A DNA stretch of 32,796 bases from NCBI GenBank assembly GCA_964581145.1, contig CAZONU010000005.1:1-32796 (forward strand), given 5' to 3'. The position numbers were made by a program, and so were the translations under genes. Shown piece after piece: positions 30,795 through 32,796 of the stretch. A model generated the notes under the pieces. That model was given only the letters and a program-made list of their open reading frames with translations. It did no database searches and was not told where the DNA came from. Within the stretch, counting starts at the first letter, position 1. Every line of letters starts with the position of its first letter. Source of the DNA: an uncultured Planctomycetia bacterium. GTDB taxonomy: Bacteria; Planctomycetota; SZUA-567; JAKLDR01.

Positions 30795-31522
30795 GCCAGC
30801 TGGCCCGCGCGCTCTTCATCAGCCGCAAGGACGTGGAGAGCTACTACGGCAAGCCTCCGCTGGTGACCTGGGGGCTGCTCTTCCCGACCGTGCTCATGCT
30901 CGCGGTGTACCTGAAGGATCCGGCGGGCTACTTGAGCATAGCCCCGGGGATCATCGCCATGACCCTGCTCTTTGGCAACACCTCGATGGCCGCCATCGTG
31001 GTCACCTTCGAGAAGCGCTCCGGGACGTTCCAGCGCCTGCTGCTTGCGCCGGTGGCAATCCGCACCATCCTCCTGGGCAAGGCGCTCAGCGCCACCGCCT
31101 ACGGCATGGCCACGTCACTGGTCTTGACCCTGGGGCTCACGCTTCTGCTGGGGATGCCCGTGGTCAACCCGCTGGCCTTTGCCGCGGGGCTGCTCCTGGG
31201 AGCGGGCATCTTCTCCCTGCTGGGGCTGATCGCGGCGGTCATGGTCAAGGAGGTCTTCGAGGCCATGACCCTGCTGAACTTCTTCCGGTTTCCGATACTC
31301 TTCATCAGCGGCGTCTTCATGCCCCTGGAATCCCTGCCGATATGGCTCAAACCGGTGGCCATGGCCTCGCCGCTGACGCACGTGGCGGAACTCCTGCGAT
31401 TCGGGGTCAGCGGCCGCTCTTTCTTCCCTGCGCCCTGGATCCCCGGGATCGCAGCCATGGGCTTCCTTTGCATCAGTTGGGTTGCAGCCGGCGCCTCGTT
31501 CAGGCGGTACGCGAACAGATAG
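30791..31522 (+). CDS. ABC-2 type transporter permease
   Basis: ATGA overlap with the ATPase stop. It has about 6 hydrophobic helices and is 243 aa. Confidence 0.85.
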   Translation: MSQLARALFISRKDVESYYGKPPLVTWGLLFPTVLMLAVYLKDPAGYLSIAPGIIAMTLLFGNTSMAAIVVTFEKRSGTFQRLLLAPVAIRTILLGKALSATAYGMATSLVLTLGLTLLLGMPVVNPLAFAAGLLLGAGIFSLLGLIAAVMVKEVFEAMTLLNFFRFPILFISGVFMPLESLPIWLKPVAMASPLTHVAELLRFGVSGRSFFPAPWIPGIAAMGFLCISWVAAGASFRRYANR

Positions 31523-31672
31523 CCGAATCAGGAAGAGCTCCTCACAAACACCCCCTCGACCGACACCCGCCTTTCGATGAGCGCCTTGGCGAGATCCTCG
31601 AGCCGAACGAGATATGAGCGTGTCCTTGGGAGGCGCCGGAGCGGCTCCGGGCAAGCCGGCTGAAAAATCATA

Positions 31673-31709
31673 ATTCGCCCTTGCGAATATATTGAGCGGC
31701 GCATATAGT
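31673..31709 (+). promoter_or_regulatory. ArsR gene promoter with overlapping inverted repeat (candidate autoregulatory operator)
   Basis: ATTCGC cctt GCGAAT lies at 31673-31688 and overlaps the -35 TTGCGA (31681-86). A 17-nt spacer precedes the -10 TATAGT (31704-09). Confidence 0.5.
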
Positions 31710-31735
31710 AGCATCGGGTGGGAGGGGGAAAATCA

Positions 31736-32122
31736 ATGGAAACCGAGAGGATATCCGGTTACGCCCGCCTGCTGAGGGTCGTCGCTCATCCGACCCGGCT
31801 GATGGTGCTGGCCGACCTCATGAAGGGAACGAAGTGCGTCAACGACATCCGGGACCTGCTGGATGTTCCCCAGCCCAACGTGTCGCAGCACCTGGCGGTG
31901 CTCAAGGAGAACGGGCTTGTGGCCTCGCACAAGGAGGGCGTATCCCGCTGCTACCGCCTCGCGCGGCCTCGATTCATCAAGGACCTGCTGATGAATCTAA
32001 GGCGTGAACGTGCGGAGACCTTACCCCGCAGTTCAAGCTCTCGCCGCCTTAGAAAAGCGAAAGTGCCCCGGCTGCCCAAGCCTGAAAACAGGGCCGCTGG
32101 CCGGGAATCCCACGCCGACTGA
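31736..32122 (+). CDS. ArsR/SmtB family transcriptional regulator
   Basis: ATG 31736 lies 7 nt after GGAGGGGG. LLRVVAHPTRLMVLADLMKGTKCVNDIRDLLDVPQPNVSQHLAVLKENGLV is the ArsR wHTH. The basic C-terminal tail is of uncertain reality. Confidence 0.85.
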   Translation: METERISGYARLLRVVAHPTRLMVLADLMKGTKCVNDIRDLLDVPQPNVSQHLAVLKENGLVASHKEGVSRCYRLARPRFIKDLLMNLRRERAETLPRSSSSRRLRKAKVPRLPKPENRAAGRESHAD

Positions 32123-32146
32123 ACGAACAGAGGGAAAGGAGCGACG

Positions 32147-32796
32147 ATGCACGCCACCATTCAAAAGCCGTTGGATGAGATTCTCGGCTTCCTGGGCGAA
32201 GGGGAGAAAGTCTTCGTCGTCGGATGCAGCAACTGCGCTGAGAAGTGCAAGTCGGGTGGAGAAACCGAAACCCGCACAATGCAAGAGCGCCTGGAGGCCA
32301 GGGGAGTGAAAGTGACAGGCTGGGCTGTGCCTCCCGACGGCGGCTCCCTCTGCAAGCTCTCCGCGACCAAGGAACTTCTCGGCGGGGGCCGCAAAGAACA
32401 GGCGGCGGCGGCGGATTCTTTCCTTGTTCTGGCCTGCGGCCAGGGGATCCATACGGTGATAGATGCCACCGACGGCGGCCGTGTGCACCCGGGTTGCGAC
32501 ACCATATTCGGCGGCGAGACCATCTCCGATGACTTCATAACTGAATACTGCTCGCTGTGCGGCGAGTGCATCGTGGAGCAGACTGGGGGGCTCTGCCCGC
32601 TGACGCTGTGCGCCAAGGGACTGCTCAACGGACCCTGTGGCGGGGCCAGCGAGGGCAAGTGCGAAGTCTCCAAGGACCGCGACTGCGGCTGGCACCTGAT
32701 CTACGAAAGGCTGAAGGCGCTCGGCAGGCTCGACCTCATGCGCGCCTACCGAGCCCCCAAGAACCATCTGAGATCCGGCAGCCCGCGCAGCCTGAC
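32147..32796 (+). CDS. MetV-like protein (methylenetetrahydrofolate reductase C-terminal domain family), 3' end beyond the window
   Basis: Not in the ORF track because it has no stop in the window. AAAGGAG RBS precedes ATG 32147. It reads MHATIQKPLDEILGFLGEGEKVFVVGCSNCAEKCKSGGE...CSLCGECIVEQTGGLCPLTLCAKGLLNGPCGGASEGKCEVSKDRDCGWHLIYERLKALGRLD. Confidence 0.8.
   Translation, partial: MHATIQKPLDEILGFLGEGEKVFVVGCSNCAEKCKSGGETETRTMQERLEARGVKVTGWAVPPDGGSLCKLSATKELLGGGRKEQAAAADSFLVLACGQGIHTVIDATDGGRVHPGCDTIFGGETISDDFITEYCSLCGECIVEQTGGLCPLTLCAKGLLNGPCGGASEGKCEVSKDRDCGWHLIYERLKALGRLDLMRAYRAPKNHLRSGSPRSL

Overview
High-GC bacterial chromosomal segment, about two-thirds G+C by hand counts. It is densely coding on both strands and most long alternative-frame ORFs in the track are GC-driven shadows. 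I support about 28 protein genes and one tRNA-Pro(UGG). I found no rRNA, no CRISPR array and no intact transposase or integrase. Gene content in order: two tandem membrane-anchored HEAT-repeat paralogs (the first is missing from the ORF track because it runs off the 5' edge); a glycan-utilisation-like pair (a large anchored protein and a secreted clan GH-A hydrolase); a small membrane protein and a lipoprotein; a DUF2950-like protein; two small exported proteins that share 5' and 3' flanks; an internally duplicated HTH-like protein; a ~1240-aa membrane-spanning Ser/Thr kinase with a TPR-like sensor region; an AraR-type regulator followed by two secreted beta-propellers; a DUF4349 lipoprotein; a lemA-DUF3137-DUF3137 operon; ogt; a second, lower-GC DUF2950-like paralog; tRNA-Pro; a Cys-rich mini-ORF with an ABC-2 exporter; an ArsR regulator with a MetV-like protein that runs off the 3' edge. 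The most unusual item is ORF 22544-23194. It has a bona fide LexA N-terminal DNA-binding domain, but the S24 autocleavage domain is replaced by an IS200/IS605 TnpA-like domain lacking both the HUH histidines and the catalytic Tyr. It sits behind a good sigma70-like promoter overlapped by a nested 31-bp palindrome, next to footprints of a small inverted-repeat element, and appears co-transcribed with the DUF4349 lipoprotein gene. A second theme is a rich layer of structured non-coding repeats: heptanucleotide-periodic hairpins at junctions of tandem duplications, a 279-bp palindromic element in the kinase leader, TIR-bounded elements, and a shared terminator module with a compensatory base-pair change. 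A third is a Cys/His-rich mini-ORF with an in-frame TAG. Taxonomy cannot be fixed from the sequence; the gene content is reminiscent of PVC-type or related uncultured anaerobes. All family names are from my recognition of motifs, not from database searches.
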